DNA from: Bacillota bacterium
GTDB lineage: Bacteria > Bacillota > Limnochordia > Darwinibacteriales > DTU012
Assembly (NCBI GenBank): GCA_012520795.1
Contig: JAAYNP010000072.1
Span: 7,074 to 71,073 of the forward strand
DNA: 64,000 nucleotides
Direction of reading: 5' to 3'
Numbering within the stretch: the first letter of the stretch is position 1; each line of letters starts with the position of its first letter. The notes below the pieces were generated by a model. That model saw only the letters and a program-made list of their open reading frames with translations. It was not told the origin of the DNA and made no database searches. This document shows, piece by piece, positions 18,483 to 28,918 of the stretch. A program made the position numbers and the translations under genes.

Positions 18483-21140
18483 TTATTCATCGATTAATCG
18501 CCTCAAGACAGATTCCAATTGGCTTAATGCCTCGCCAAAACCGGCAAAGTCTCCATCACGCAAAGCTTGCATTGCCTTTTCATATAACTCGTAAGCGTAT
18601 TGCCCGACCTGACTGTCCACAGGTAATCCTGTCTCCGGCTCCTCCAATCCAGGTTCCCCCACATCTCGATCAATGATCTGGTTTAGGGCTTCAGTCAAGC
18701 TCTCCTCCATCACCAGCTGGTCTTTGTAAGCTACGATGATCCGCTGCAGCTGGGGCATCCCGCTTTGCTCCGACTGCAGGAACAAAGGCTCTACATAGAC
18801 TAAGGATTCATTAATCGGCAACACCAGCATGTTCCCGCGGATTACCTGGCTGCCCCGCTGGCCCCAAAGGCTGAGCAGCTGCGAAATCTGCGAGTCTTGA
18901 TCGATCGTGGCGTCAATTTGAGCAGGCCCCAAAGTAAGGCTGTCTTTTGGGAACCGATAAACAAGCACTTCTCCGTAATGCTCTCCGTCATTGCGGGCTG
19001 CCAGCCAGGCAATCAGGTTGTTGCGCCTGATCGGCGTGTAGGGCAACATCAATATCAGTTCCGGCGTGCTGGAATTAGGCAGCTGCATCATGACATAGTA
19101 GGGCACAACCGGTTGTTCCCGCTCGTTGTAAATCTCGTTTGCAAAAACCCATACATCCTCGCGGTTGTAAAAGATCCGGGGATCCGTCATGTGGTAAGTG
19201 CCATAGATTTCAGCCTGCAGCGCAAACAGATCTTCCGGATAACGCAGATGAGCCCGGAGCATCTGCGGCATTTCGTTTAGAGCTTTTAGCCACCCAGGAA
19301 AGATCTTTGCGTAGGTATCCAAAACCGGATCCGGGCATACTTGGTAAAAATCCACAGATCCATTGTAAGCGTCTATTACTACTTTGACCGAGTTGCGAAT
19401 ATAGTTGCCCCAGCTTGTGGGTTGAGCATATGGGTAACGGTAGCTGGTTGTATAGGCATCGACCATCCAATACAGCCGGCCGTCATCCCCGATGACTATA
19501 TAAGGATCTTGATCGTAACGCAAAAACGGAGCCAGCCTCTGGATTCGAGCCCTGATGTTGCGGTAGAACAAGATTCTGCTCTCACTGGTGATATCTGTGG
19601 ACAACAAGATTCTCATGGTGCCAAAGCGAACTGCAAATGCCAATCTGTGCAGCGGTGTAGCAAGTTCGACCCCGCCCGTCCCTTGATAAGTGTAGTAGGC
19701 ATTACCGTCACCAGTGGGATAGTCAAACTCGTCAATCAAGGTATTGACAATCACGTAATCATTACTGCGCTCGCCATAGTAGATCCGCGGTTCGGTAATC
19801 TTAAGGTCCGATTTGCCTTTCGGCGGTATATCCGAAACCCAAAAATCCGGCAGCTGCTGCCGGGAGACTTCGTTGACGGGGCTGACCACTACCCCGTATC
19901 CATGCGTGTACTGCAGATGATCATTGATCCAATTGCGGTTTTGAGTGAGCGTTACATCCAATTCCCTGGCGGCAAGCAGGACCTCCCGGTATTCGCCATC
20001 AACCCAGTACCGCCCTACATCCGCATCATTGAACACGTAGTACGGGCGCATTTCCTGCAGCTGCCTATAAGTATGGAGAATCAACCGCGGATCCCACAGC
20101 CTGATATTGCTGATCGTACTCTTGTTGGCCTCCAGATCTGCTCTGGTCAAATCCTTCGTGCCGGCAAAATCCAATTCCAGAAAATCGTCAACCTCGTAGG
20201 CTAAGCAGGTCATCCGGATATGATGTTCTATAAAGGGCTGTTCCCGGGTGAACTCATTGGGAGCAACCAGCCACTGCTGGACCAAGAATGGGACAAGCAC
20301 TCCGCCCACAAAACTGATGCCAACCCACAAGACCAACGCGCCGGCAAGGATTCTACGGAACCGGTACAGACGGGCAATAAAAACAAGGCTCACCAGCACA
20401 GCCACAGCAGTGAGAACTCTCAGCACTGCCAACCGTACATTGACATCGGTATAACCTGCCCCGAAGACTATCCCGTGTGTATTGTACAACAGGCGGTAGG
20501 CTCTAAGGTGGTAATCAGCCGCCTTGGCCAAAATGAGAATGCCGATTAACAAGGACAAATGCTTTTGGGCCGGTGTTGAGACCCTGATCGTACGGCTCTC
20601 GATCCGGAAATGGCCGGAAAGAAAATAGATTGTTGCACAGACTGCGGCCACCAGCACCAGGGCTGTTGTCAACGCTCCAATCAGCAGTTCGTACACGGGC
20701 AGCCTAAAGAAATAAAACCCGATATCTTTGCCGAAAACCGGATCGGCTACCCCAAATTCTGTGCTGTTGAAGAACTGGGCAATCTCAAAATAGTAACCAC
20801 CGTACCCGGCCGAATAAACAAAGCCAAGAATGACGCTCAAAAGCAGGGCTGCCAACAACAGCCGTCTTCCGGTAAGATACTGGCCTAAACTGTAGAACCT
20901 CCATAAGGCCTGCCTGGCCGCTTTTTGAACTATCCATAGGTTGATGAACAGAATCAGCGAAAAGCAGAGCCAAACACCAACCCTGACTCCCCATATCCAT
21001 GTGAGCCTGGTAGTGAAAAGCGCCGCATATCCCAGAGACCTAAACCACAACCAATCGGTAAACAGGCGGCTGCCGGCTACTACCAAAACTACGGCTGCAA
21101 CCAACAAACCCAATAGGACCCACTTAAGCCGTCCAACCAT
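18483..21140 (-). CDS. UPF0182 family large membrane protein
   Basis: Multi-TM N-terminal third plus a large soluble region of UPF0182/COG1615 type. Start taken at MVGRLKW (ATG 21140, RBS AAAGGGG), which avoids overlapping the upstream gene. Confidence 0.7.
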   Translation of the reverse strand: MVGRLKWVLLGLLVAAVVLVVAGSRLFTDWLWFRSLGYAALFTTRLTWIWGVRVGVWLCFSLILFINLWIVQKAARQALWRFYSLGQYLTGRRLLLAALLLSVILGFVYSAGYGGYYFEIAQFFNSTEFGVADPVFGKDIGFYFFRLPVYELLIGALTTALVLVAAVCATIYFLSGHFRIESRTIRVSTPAQKHLSLLIGILILAKAADYHLRAYRLLYNTHGIVFGAGYTDVNVRLAVLRVLTAVAVLVSLVFIARLYRFRRILAGALVLWVGISFVGGVLVPFLVQQWLVAPNEFTREQPFIEHHIRMTCLAYEVDDFLELDFAGTKDLTRADLEANKSTISNIRLWDPRLILHTYRQLQEMRPYYVFNDADVGRYWVDGEYREVLLAARELDVTLTQNRNWINDHLQYTHGYGVVVSPVNEVSRQQLPDFWVSDIPPKGKSDLKITEPRIYYGERSNDYVIVNTLIDEFDYPTGDGNAYYTYQGTGGVELATPLHRLAFAVRFGTMRILLSTDITSESRILFYRNIRARIQRLAPFLRYDQDPYIVIGDDGRLYWMVDAYTTSYRYPYAQPTSWGNYIRNSVKVVIDAYNGSVDFYQVCPDPVLDTYAKIFPGWLKALNEMPQMLRAHLRYPEDLFALQAEIYGTYHMTDPRIFYNREDVWVFANEIYNEREQPVVPYYVMMQLPNSSTPELILMLPYTPIRRNNLIAWLAARNDGEHYGEVLVYRFPKDSLTLGPAQIDATIDQDSQISQLLSLWGQRGSQVIRGNMLVLPINESLVYVEPLFLQSEQSGMPQLQRIIVAYKDQLVMEESLTEALNQIIDRDVGEPGLEEPETGLPVDSQVGQYAYELYEKAMQALRDGDFAGFGEALSQLESVLRRLIDE

Positions 21141-21153
21141 GATCTCGCCCCTT

Positions 21154-21564
21154 TTAGCGCATGTGATAGTAGTAATAGTAAGCGGCAATGACGGCGATGA
21201 TCACAATTACAAATACAGCGCATTGAATCCGCTTTTTCCGCCTGATCGCCCGGCGCTTTTCCAAAACTGAACGCCGTTGGCTGTCAGAACGGTACTCTGC
21301 TATCTGATCCTGGTCTTCCGCCTTGCCACCTTGGTCGAGCATTTGTGTTACCTGATCCGGATCAATGCCTAATACTTTGGCATAGATCCGTACAAAACCC
21401 CGGACATAGACCGGATCCTCGGGAAGCTCATCCAGATTGCCCGCCTCGATCGCTTCCAGATAGGCCTGCCGAATTTTGGTCCTGTCCGACGCTTCGGCGA
21501 TGGTCATCCCCTTGTCTTCTCTAGCCTGCCGCAGAAATATACCAAGTTCTCTCATTCTCGTCAC
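21154..21564 (-). CDS. RodZ-like HTH (XRE) protein with C-terminal TM anchor, no extracellular domain
   Basis: LGIFLRQAREDKGMTIAEASDRTKIRQAYLEAIE HTH, basic linker, one TM helix. The protein ends AAYYYYYHMR. Confidence 0.65.
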   Translation of the reverse strand: MTRMRELGIFLRQAREDKGMTIAEASDRTKIRQAYLEAIEAGNLDELPEDPVYVRGFVRIYAKVLGIDPDQVTQMLDQGGKAEDQDQIAEYRSDSQRRSVLEKRRAIRRKKRIQCAVFVIVIIAVIAAYYYYYHMR

Positions 21565-21565
21565 C

Positions 21566-23836
21566 TCATAAGTCTAGACTATCACGATCGACCAAGACTT
21601 CCCGTGGTTTGCTCCCTTGATAAGGCCCCACTATGGATCGGACCTCCATCATATCAATTAAACGGGCAGCCCGGCTGTATCCAATGCGAAACCGCCGCTG
21701 CAGCATTGAAATCGATGCTTGTCCCGTTTCAACAACCAACCGGATCGCATCCTCCAGCAGCTCATCGGTGTCCTGGCTGTTTTGGGCCAGACTTTGTTTC
21801 TCCACCGTAACATCCACATAATCAGGTTCGCCTTGCTTTTTCCAGAACCTGACTACCGCATCCACTTCCCGATCCGAAACGTAAGCCGCTTGGGCTCGAA
21901 TCGGTTTGGCTGCGCCCAAAGGGTAATAGAGCATGTCGCCTTTGCCAATCAAACGCTCCGCACCACCCATGTCGAGAACCGTACGGGAGTCTACTTGCGA
22001 TGACACAGCAAACGAGATGCGGGACGGCACATTGGCCTTGATCAGCCCCGTAATCACATCAACTGAAGGCCTCTGCGTGGCGATGATCAAATACATGCCG
22101 GCAGCTCTGGCCGTTTGGGCTAGGCGGCAGATTGCATCCTCAACTTCAGCTGCAGCCACCATCATCAAGTCAGCCAGTTCATCGACAATAATTACGATGT
22201 AGGGAAGCTGTTCCGGATCCTGTTCCGCGTCTCCAGCCGGTTTTGCCTGCTGATTCTTGAGCAGCTCATAATAAGCCTCGATGTTTTTAACATGATTGTC
22301 AGCAAACATTTTGTAGCGCCGTTCCATTTCTGCAACCGCCCACCGTAGAGCCGATGCTGCTTTCTTAGAGTCAGTAACAACTGGTGCAATCAAGTGTGGA
22401 ATCCCGTCGAAGGCGGACAATTCTACCCTTTTCGGGTCAATGAGCATCAGTTTTACTTCGTCAGGAGTGGCGCGGAACAAAAGACTGACGATAATCGTGT
22501 TCAAGCAGACACTTTTCCCGGAACCAGTGGCTCCGGCAATCAGCAGATGCAGCCACCTGCACAAATCACCGATAACCGGATTTCCGGCGATGTCCTTACC
22601 CAGTGCCAGAGCAACCTTGGAAGTGTGATTCGCATAATCGGGATGTTCAAGCAATTCCCTTAACCGGACCATTTGGGTTTCCCGGTTGGGCACCTCGATT
22701 CCGATCACAGACTTGCCGGGGACGGGCGCTTCAATCCTGACACCGGTTGCCGCCAGCGCCAGGGCGATGTCATCGGCCAGGCTGGTGATCCTGCTCACTT
22801 TGATACCAGGGCCGATCTGCAGTTCGTAACGTGTTACCACCGGGCCTTGGCAGACATTTACCACCTTGGCAGCGATGTCGAAATTGGCAAACGTTTCTTC
22901 CAAAAGCTGTCGATTATGCCCACTGCTGCTGCGTTTTGCTGTGGAAGTGCTCTTGTGCAGCAAATAGACAGGCGGAAGCCGATAAGCTCTTCCTGGCAAG
23001 GGCTGCGGTACGAACTCATCAGCTTCCGGGCCAACTTCATCCAGTTCCAAATCTGTTGGCCCTTTACCGCCGCTATCCTGGCGGGCTTCATCGCCGGTAA
23101 GGTTCTTTTTCTGTTTTCCAGGTTCAACAGATTGTTTTTCCTGCCTTTTGGTTTTCTTCCTCTTTTCTCGATCCTTTGCAGCTTGGGTTGATTTGCCTGC
23201 CATCCCGGCACTGGGTGCTTCCAACCGCATACGGGCCCGGCTCTCCCGGGCTTCCTGAATGCTGTGGACCATGCCTTTAACCAAATCCAAAACCGTTCCA
23301 GCGCCGTCCCGGAACAAACCAAACACAAACAACCAGATCTGGCGGATCAGGCTGAACAGAGAAATATCAAAAACAAGAATCAGGCCGATTAATCCAAATC
23401 CGCCCAAAACGACGTAACTGCCAACACGGCCAAAGGCTGTCAAGAAACAAACCATCAAAAACGCGCCGGAGATTCCAGCACCGATCCCCATCTGCCCGAT
23501 CCTGATTTCTTCAGCCATGGCCGGAGGCAGCTGATACCCATGATAGACCGTTGTCATATGGTATAAGGTAACAAAACCGCTCAACAAAAGCAAACAGCCA
23601 AGCAGTCTCCGCACCTGGGCCAACCGCAGCTTGCCCAAGAACATGCTAACGGCAAGAACCAGCAATACAGCAGCGAACAAGGGTGCCAGTCTGCCGAAAG
23701 CCACCCCAAGCCAGCTGCGGAGCTTAAGCCCGACTAAACCGGTAGCATCAACATATATGCTGATTAATGCCAAAACGGCCAATAAGGACAAGATAATACC
23801 AATAATTTCACGATGTCTCGAATTCAACGGCTTCAA
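21566..23836 (-). CDS. ftsK: DNA translocase FtsK/SpoIIIE
   Basis: N-terminal TM domain, charged linker, motor domain with GATGSGKS and DELADLM, C-terminal gamma winged helix. Confidence 0.93.
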   Translation of the reverse strand: MKPLNSRHREIIGIILSLLAVLALISIYVDATGLVGLKLRSWLGVAFGRLAPLFAAVLLVLAVSMFLGKLRLAQVRRLLGCLLLLSGFVTLYHMTTVYHGYQLPPAMAEEIRIGQMGIGAGISGAFLMVCFLTAFGRVGSYVVLGGFGLIGLILVFDISLFSLIRQIWLFVFGLFRDGAGTVLDLVKGMVHSIQEARESRARMRLEAPSAGMAGKSTQAAKDREKRKKTKRQEKQSVEPGKQKKNLTGDEARQDSGGKGPTDLELDEVGPEADEFVPQPLPGRAYRLPPVYLLHKSTSTAKRSSSGHNRQLLEETFANFDIAAKVVNVCQGPVVTRYELQIGPGIKVSRITSLADDIALALAATGVRIEAPVPGKSVIGIEVPNRETQMVRLRELLEHPDYANHTSKVALALGKDIAGNPVIGDLCRWLHLLIAGATGSGKSVCLNTIIVSLLFRATPDEVKLMLIDPKRVELSAFDGIPHLIAPVVTDSKKAASALRWAVAEMERRYKMFADNHVKNIEAYYELLKNQQAKPAGDAEQDPEQLPYIVIIVDELADLMMVAAAEVEDAICRLAQTARAAGMYLIIATQRPSVDVITGLIKANVPSRISFAVSSQVDSRTVLDMGGAERLIGKGDMLYYPLGAAKPIRAQAAYVSDREVDAVVRFWKKQGEPDYVDVTVEKQSLAQNSQDTDELLEDAIRLVVETGQASISMLQRRFRIGYSRAARLIDMMEVRSIVGPYQGSKPREVLVDRDSLDL

Positions 23837-23891
23837 GGCTTACCACCTCAGTAATGGGTTCGACGAGTCTACAGAGATACCCTGCTAAAAT

Positions 23892-24671
23892 TCACATCTC
23901 TGTGTGATTAATGCCGATTACAGCAGCCATTCTGCCCGCTTCGATGCCGCTGCGGCGGTAAGAAAAAAACTGCTCGCCACAGCAGGTACAAATACTGCTG
24001 CAGTGGATACGATCAGGTTTGATACCGCTGGCTTCAAGTTGCAGGCAATTCGCCTGCTTGAGATCAAGATAGTAACCATTTTCCCGCTGCTCAATCACGC
24101 TTTCAGAAAACTGCCGCGCCACTTGGGAACCAACTTGATAACAGCACTTTCCAATCGACGGCCCAACAGCAGCATGAATCTGGCTGGGATCCAGTTCATA
24201 TATTTTCACCAGTGATTCAACCATCCTTGCTGCGATCTGGCCCGCCGTGCCCCGCCACCCTGCATGGCCAACACCTACAATCCGCCTTTCCGGCACCAAA
24301 AAGAACAGAGGCACACAGTCAGCAAAAAAGCAGGCCAACAAGATACCCGTTTCATTGGTAATCAATCCGTCTGTTTCGGCCAACGCTGTTTCCAAATTGT
24401 CGGCCCCCCTGCCCTTGTGGCAGGCAGTAACCTGCGCAATTTTAGTTTGATGGACTTGATCAGCACATACCCAGTTTTTTAAAGGAAACCCTAAAGAGTC
24501 AGCCAATTGGATACGCCTGGCTATAACCTGGCTTGGTTCGCCGCCCACATGTAGAGCAAGATTTCCGAACAAACTCGTGGTCAACCCGTGGCAAAGCCAA
24601 TCGTACTTAGCCCATCCCGGAACCAGCCACAGGCCGTGCGATACATAATCTGTCAAACTTAACATCATCAC
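23892..24671 (-). CDS. pgeF: peptidoglycan editing factor PgeF (YfiH/YlmD, DUF152)
   Basis: CADCVP.., HAGWRGT and C-terminal CTCC motifs of the laccase-domain family. Confidence 0.85.
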   Translation of the reverse strand: MMMLSLTDYVSHGLWLVPGWAKYDWLCHGLTTSLFGNLALHVGGEPSQVIARRIQLADSLGFPLKNWVCADQVHQTKIAQVTACHKGRGADNLETALAETDGLITNETGILLACFFADCVPLFFLVPERRIVGVGHAGWRGTAGQIAARMVESLVKIYELDPSQIHAAVGPSIGKCCYQVGSQVARQFSESVIEQRENGYYLDLKQANCLQLEASGIKPDRIHCSSICTCCGEQFFSYRRSGIEAGRMAAVIGINHTEM

Positions 24672-25123
24672 TCTCCCTTAAGCAGTTGCTGGAGTTCATT
24701 CATAAAACTGTTGATATCCTTGAACTGCCGGTAGACAGAAGCAAATCTTACGTAGGCAACTTCATCAAGGCTCTTCAAACGTTCCATGACGATCTCACCG
24801 ATTTGTTCTGATGTGATCTCGCGTTCGGTGTTATTCCGCACTTCTCTTTCAATATCGTCAATCATCGCTTCGATGGCATCAAGTGAGATCGGCCGCTTTT
24901 CGCATGCCCGCAATACTCCGTTGAGGATTTTGTTGCGGTTGAAAGCTTCCCGCCTCCCATCTTTCTTCACAACCATGAACGGAACCTCATCGAGACGTTC
25001 ATACGTAGTAAAGCGGCGGCGGCATTCGGTGCATTCCCGCCGGCGCCGGATTGAAGTCCCTTCTTCTGTAGCTCGTGAATCCAATACTTTACTTTCCTTG
25101 TGAAAACAAAAAGGGCACCGCAT
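24668..25123 (-). CDS. nrdR: transcriptional repressor NrdR
   Basis: [17 protein letters not shown] zinc ribbon plus ATP-cone. Confidence 0.95.
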   Translation of the reverse strand: MRCPFCFHKESKVLDSRATEEGTSIRRRRECTECRRRFTTYERLDEVPFMVVKKDGRREAFNRNKILNGVLRACEKRPISLDAIEAMIDDIEREVRNNTEREITSEQIGEIVMERLKSLDEVAYVRFASVYRQFKDINSFMNELQQLLKGE

Positions 25124-25163
25124 AACTCCACCTCAAATCAGTATTTGAATCTATTATACATTA

Positions 25164-25442
25164 TTATCGTTGCGTCTGCCATGCCCTGTACTTCGGAGTC
25201 GTCTCCAGCTTTGTACGTACCAGGACGACATCGACCCCGATTAATACCACTTCGTGCCATGGAATCTCCAAATCGTCGTGCCTAAAAAAGCGCAGTATAC
25301 CCCGTTCCGGCCGTTCCAACACCAAAAACCGCAGTTCTCCTGTATCAGGGTCTAAATCCACATCACAGACATTACCCAAAAACCGGCCGTCTTCAATGTT
25401 GACCACATCCAGCCGCTGCAGCTCGCTGGTCCTGATATACAT
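25164..25442 (-). CDS. YlmC/YmxH family PRC-barrel sporulation protein
   Basis: MYIRTSELQRLDVVNIEDGRFLGNVCDVDLD. Start at ATG 25442 behind AGGGGGG. Confidence 0.8.
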   Translation of the reverse strand: MYIRTSELQRLDVVNIEDGRFLGNVCDVDLDPDTGELRFLVLERPERGILRFFRHDDLEIPWHEVVLIGVDVVLVRTKLETTPKYRAWQTQR

Positions 25443-25483
25443 GATTTTCCCCCCTGACCTCAGTGTATGTATATGCAGCGGCA

Positions 25484-25510
25484 CAAAAAAAGAAACGGCT
25501 TTCGCCGTTC
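25484..25510 (-). terminator. intrinsic terminator after spoIIR
   Basis: Minus strand reads AACGGC-GAAA-GCCGTT followed by TCTTTTTTT. Confidence 0.75.
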
Positions 25511-25541
25511 CAAATCTGAATATCCTGGCTGAGTATCGCCG

Positions 25542-26225
25542 TTATTTTGATTTTAACAGCGGCACCGCGATCTTTTTGATCGGTTCGAGATTGGCCGCCA
25601 GCCATGCCTCAAACCTCAGCACTGCCTTTGTCCGCCGGACCCGTTCCCAGATCCGGGACCTTATTTCAATTTCTCCATCCTCAAGATGAGGCGCCATTGT
25701 GACTACTGAATCTGCCCCGGGACTTGCCGGTTCCAAATAGCAAAGCGGTGGAAACAAGACACACCACCAGTTGTCGCCCTTGCCGGCACCGATAATCACC
25801 TTTAGTGCTTCGTACTGGCCGGCAGGCAGATAAACATCACCATACTCCCTATCAGGAAAATCAAATGAGCCAAGTTCCAAGAGCACCTGATAGTCATACC
25901 CCGCACGGGTAATTTCCGACAAAGCCACATCCTGAACCATATGCCAGTTGTCTGCAATAATCCTTTTGGCTTCAGACTGATCCGGCACATCGGTGAACAG
26001 CTCCTTTGTCGCAGCCAGGATCGCATCCCTAACCTTTAGTTTTAAATCTTGGTCAGCGGGACTGTTGCTGTTGGCAACCACATGCAGCCGTACCAAATCT
26101 GTTCCATTATAGGCAAAGGCTTCATTTGACTGCCAGATAATCATACCGGCACGGTATCCGATAACAGTCAGAGCAAGAATCAAACAGCAAACAACCACCC
26201 GGGATGCAATCTTTTTTCTAATCAT
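25542..26225 (-). CDS. spoIIR: stage II sporulation protein R
   Basis: LVRLHVVANSNSPADQDLKLKVRDAIL and GDNWWCVLFPPLC. Start at ATG 26225, 10 nt after an AGGAGG that overlaps the sigG stop. Confidence 0.9.
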   Translation of the reverse strand: MIRKKIASRVVVCCLILALTVIGYRAGMIIWQSNEAFAYNGTDLVRLHVVANSNSPADQDLKLKVRDAILAATKELFTDVPDQSEAKRIIADNWHMVQDVALSEITRAGYDYQVLLELGSFDFPDREYGDVYLPAGQYEALKVIIGAGKGDNWWCVLFPPLCYLEPASPGADSVVTMAPHLEDGEIEIRSRIWERVRRTKAVLRFEAWLAANLEPIKKIAVPLLKSK

Positions 26226-26241
26226 ACCACTCAAACCTCCT

Positions 26242-27018
26242 TCAAGACGTCGCCAAAAAGCGTCTCAAATGTTTCAGGGCCGCTTTTTCCAACCTGGAAA
26301 CTTGTGCCTGGGAAATGCCGATTTCTTCCGCCACCTCCATTTGTGTCCTCCCGTCAAAAAACCTCATTGTGAGAATCAATTTTTCTCGCTCACTCAGCCT
26401 TTCCATCCCTTCCTTAATTGATACACCTTCCAGCCAGTTGCCATCGATGTTTTTCTCATCCCGGATTTGATCCATCACAAAGATCGGATCACCGCCGTCA
26501 TGATAAATAGGTTCAAACAGCGATATTGGTTCTTGAATCGCATCAAGAGCAAAAACAATGTCCTCCCGAGGAATCTGTAATTCTTCTGCGATTTGGCTGA
26601 TAGTAGGTTCTTGTGCATGCTTGTTCGCCAGGGTGTCCCTTACCTGCAGCGCTTTGTACGCAATATCTCTTAAAGAGCGGCTGACCCGGATCGGATTATT
26701 ATCTCTAAGATACCGTCGAATCTCACCTATAATCATGGGTACGGCATATGTAGAGAACTTCACATTCTGGCTAAGATCAAAATTATCTATAGCTTTCATA
26801 AGGCCAATGCATCCAACCTGGAACAGGTCGTCCACATATTCACCACGATTGTTGAACCGCTGAATGACGCTGAGTACGAGTCTCAAGTTGCCCTGCACCA
26901 TCTCTTCTCTGGCGGACCGGTCTCCTTGACTGATCCGAACCAGAAGTTCCCGCATTTTCTTGTTGGTTAGGACCGGAAGCTTAGAGGTGTTCACACCGCA
27001 GATCTCTACTTTATTCAT
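26242..27018 (-). CDS. sigG: forespore sigma factor SigG
   Basis: Very close to recalled B. subtilis SigG: NKVEICGV.TSKLPVL, GNLRLVLSVIQRFNNRGEYVDDLFQVGCIGLMK, YAVPMIIGEIRRYLRDNNPIRVSRSLRDIAYKALQVR. Confidence 0.9.
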   Translation of the reverse strand: MNKVEICGVNTSKLPVLTNKKMRELLVRISQGDRSAREEMVQGNLRLVLSVIQRFNNRGEYVDDLFQVGCIGLMKAIDNFDLSQNVKFSTYAVPMIIGEIRRYLRDNNPIRVSRSLRDIAYKALQVRDTLANKHAQEPTISQIAEELQIPREDIVFALDAIQEPISLFEPIYHDGGDPIFVMDQIRDEKNIDGNWLEGVSIKEGMERLSEREKLILTMRFFDGRTQMEVAEEIGISQAQVSRLEKAALKHLRRFLATS

Positions 27019-27050
27019 ACGGACCTCCCCTTGCTAGGACCTTACAGCAT

Positions 27051-27080
27051 CAGTATTGCCAAGATCCTGCGGTTCTATTC
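27051..27080 (-). promoter_or_regulatory. candidate forespore (sigma-F/G type) promoter of sigG
   Basis: Minus strand reads GAATA, 15 nt, GGCAATACTG, which fits GYATA-N15-GGnnAnAnTR. It lies about 33 nt upstream of the sigG ATG. Confidence 0.4.
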
Positions 27081-27180
27081 GGCACAGCCAAACTTTGGGA
27101 AATGTTTACGGACAAAGGAGGAAAACACGGATCAGGTTATAATTATTCCCGTATAGATCAAAGGCCAAAGGAGGGATCAA

Positions 27181-28164
27181 ATGCCGGGACGTATCATTTA
27201 TATTGATGCACTTATCCTGCGGCTGGCAGCGAATTTTTTCTTTGAATTTATCCTCCTGTGGGCTACTGCAGAAGCCACCCGCTCCTCAACCACCCGGCTC
27301 CGCTTGGCACTGGGGGCATCCATCGGCACACTGCACCACCTGTTATTCCTGCTGGCATATTACAGCCTGATCCCTTTCTACGGTTTGCTGCGCTCTTTTC
27401 CGACACTGATTGTTGTATCAGTAACAATGGTGTTTGCTGCGTTTTACCCTGCTGTCAAAGGAAGAAATATGCTGCGCACCCTGGCCTATTTCTACGGCAT
27501 TGGTTTTTTAAGTGCCGGTGCCGGTATGGCAGCAGCTTACCTGTTTGGTAATGAAGCCAATCCCCAATTCACAGTAGGTGTACTGGTATCTATCGCAGTG
27601 GTATTGATCGTTGCCGAGCTCGGTTGGGGCATTATTCAAAGGAGGATTCACCGGCAGCTATATCAGCTGCCGATCTGTGTTCTATTTGATCACAAGGAAG
27701 TTCACCTGACAGCCTTGATTGATACAGGCAACCATCTTAAAGATCCCCTTACTTCGCAGCCGGTAATAGTTGCAGAACAGCAGGCAATTGCCCCTCTCTT
27801 TAACCCGCCAACAGCCGCACTGGTTCAAGAGCTGTGTTCAGGCAACCTCGACGCCATTACCAGTCATGCCGATTCAACGATTTCCATGAGGCTGCGGGTG
27901 ATCCCGTTTCACACAATTGGCATCCAATCAGGAGTTTTAGTAGGTTTTAAGCCTGATGGAATCCTGATTCGTCAATCCAAAGGACAGCTGCCGGTAACAA
28001 ATGCGATTGTCGCCCTCTATCAGCACCAGCTTGATCCTAACGGTGAATACCAAGCCCTAATCCCTCCTGAATTGTTGGAACAACCGGCTGCTCAGACATC
28101 ATCGATAGAATCAATACAGGAAGGGGAAACAGGCCATGCGGTTCAGCCCGAACATGAAGCTTAG
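27181..28164 (+). CDS. spoIIGA: sigma-E processing aspartic protease SpoIIGA
   Basis: Five N-terminal TM helices and a C-terminal protease domain with [11 protein letters not shown]. Directly upstream of sigE. Confidence 0.9.
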   Translation: MPGRIIYIDALILRLAANFFFEFILLWATAEATRSSTTRLRLALGASIGTLHHLLFLLAYYSLIPFYGLLRSFPTLIVVSVTMVFAAFYPAVKGRNMLRTLAYFYGIGFLSAGAGMAAAYLFGNEANPQFTVGVLVSIAVVLIVAELGWGIIQRRIHRQLYQLPICVLFDHKEVHLTALIDTGNHLKDPLTSQPVIVAEQQAIAPLFNPPTAALVQELCSGNLDAITSHADSTISMRLRVIPFHTIGIQSGVLVGFKPDGILIRQSKGQLPVTNAIVALYQHQLDPNGEYQALIPPELLEQPAAQTSSIESIQEGETGHAVQPEHEA

Positions 28165-28858
28165 AATCAGGCTGCTGTTTATTAGGCTGCTCACAAAAAT
28201 CAAAATTACTCCTCCAGTTCATTATGTGGGGAGTCACGAAGTTTTACCACCGCCATTGAGCGCCGATGAAGAGAGCGAGCTGTTGAACAAGCTAAGGCAG
28301 GGCGACATGCAGGTTAAATCCCCCCTCATTGAACACAACCTGAGATTGGTGGTATACATAGCCAGGAAATTTGAAAACACAGGAATTTTCATCGAGGATC
28401 TGGTATCAATAGGCACGATCGGCCTTATTAAGGCTGTAAACACTTTTGATCCCGACAAAAACATTAAGCTGGCGACATATGCCTCGCGCTGCATTGAAAA
28501 CGAAATACTGATGTATCTGCGCCGCACCAGCAAGATCCGGGCGGAAGTTTCGTTTGATGAACCACTCAATACTGATTGGGATGGCAATGAACTGGTATTG
28601 GCAGATGTTGTGGGCAGCGAAAGTGATGTGGTCAAATACATTGAAGAAGAAGTGGATAAAGCGCTGCTGAGGCAAGCCATGCAGAAGCTTTCCGGGCGGG
28701 AGAAAAGGATCATGGAACTGCGCTTTGGGTTAAACAACGGGATTGAAAAAACTCAGCGGGAAGTTGCCGATCTTTTGGGGATTTCTCAGTCTTATATTTC
28801 GCGCCTGGAAAAGAAGATTCTCAAGAAACTGCAGCGCGAAATTAGAAAGATGAATTGA
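28136..28858 (+). CDS. sigE: mother-cell sigma factor SigE (pro-sigma-E)
   Basis: [12 protein letters not shown] pro-sequence, [61 protein letters not shown]. An alternative start at ATG 28154 is possible. Confidence 0.92.
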   Translation: MRFSPNMKLRIRLLFIRLLTKIKITPPVHYVGSHEVLPPPLSADEESELLNKLRQGDMQVKSPLIEHNLRLVVYIARKFENTGIFIEDLVSIGTIGLIKAVNTFDPDKNIKLATYASRCIENEILMYLRRTSKIRAEVSFDEPLNTDWDGNELVLADVVGSESDVVKYIEEEVDKALLRQAMQKLSGREKRIMELRFGLNNGIEKTQREVADLLGISQSYISRLEKKILKKLQREIRKMN

Positions 28859-28861
28859 CAC

Positions 28862-28888
28862 AAAAAAAAAGAGGCCGCAGCCTCTTTT
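28862..28888. terminator. bidirectional intrinsic terminator between convergent sigE and ftsZ
   Basis: A9 run, AGAGGC-CGCA-GCCTCT, then TTTT. Confidence 0.8.
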
Positions 28889-28918
28889 AACTCTCTATCT
28901 TAAGCCAAATCTGTGCTT

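Noticed and set aside
27078-27084. A single Spo0A-box-like heptamer (TTCGGCA) as a confident regulatory site
   Set aside because: One 7-mer match with a degenerate position is expected by chance. It is mentioned only as context in the sigma-locus finding.
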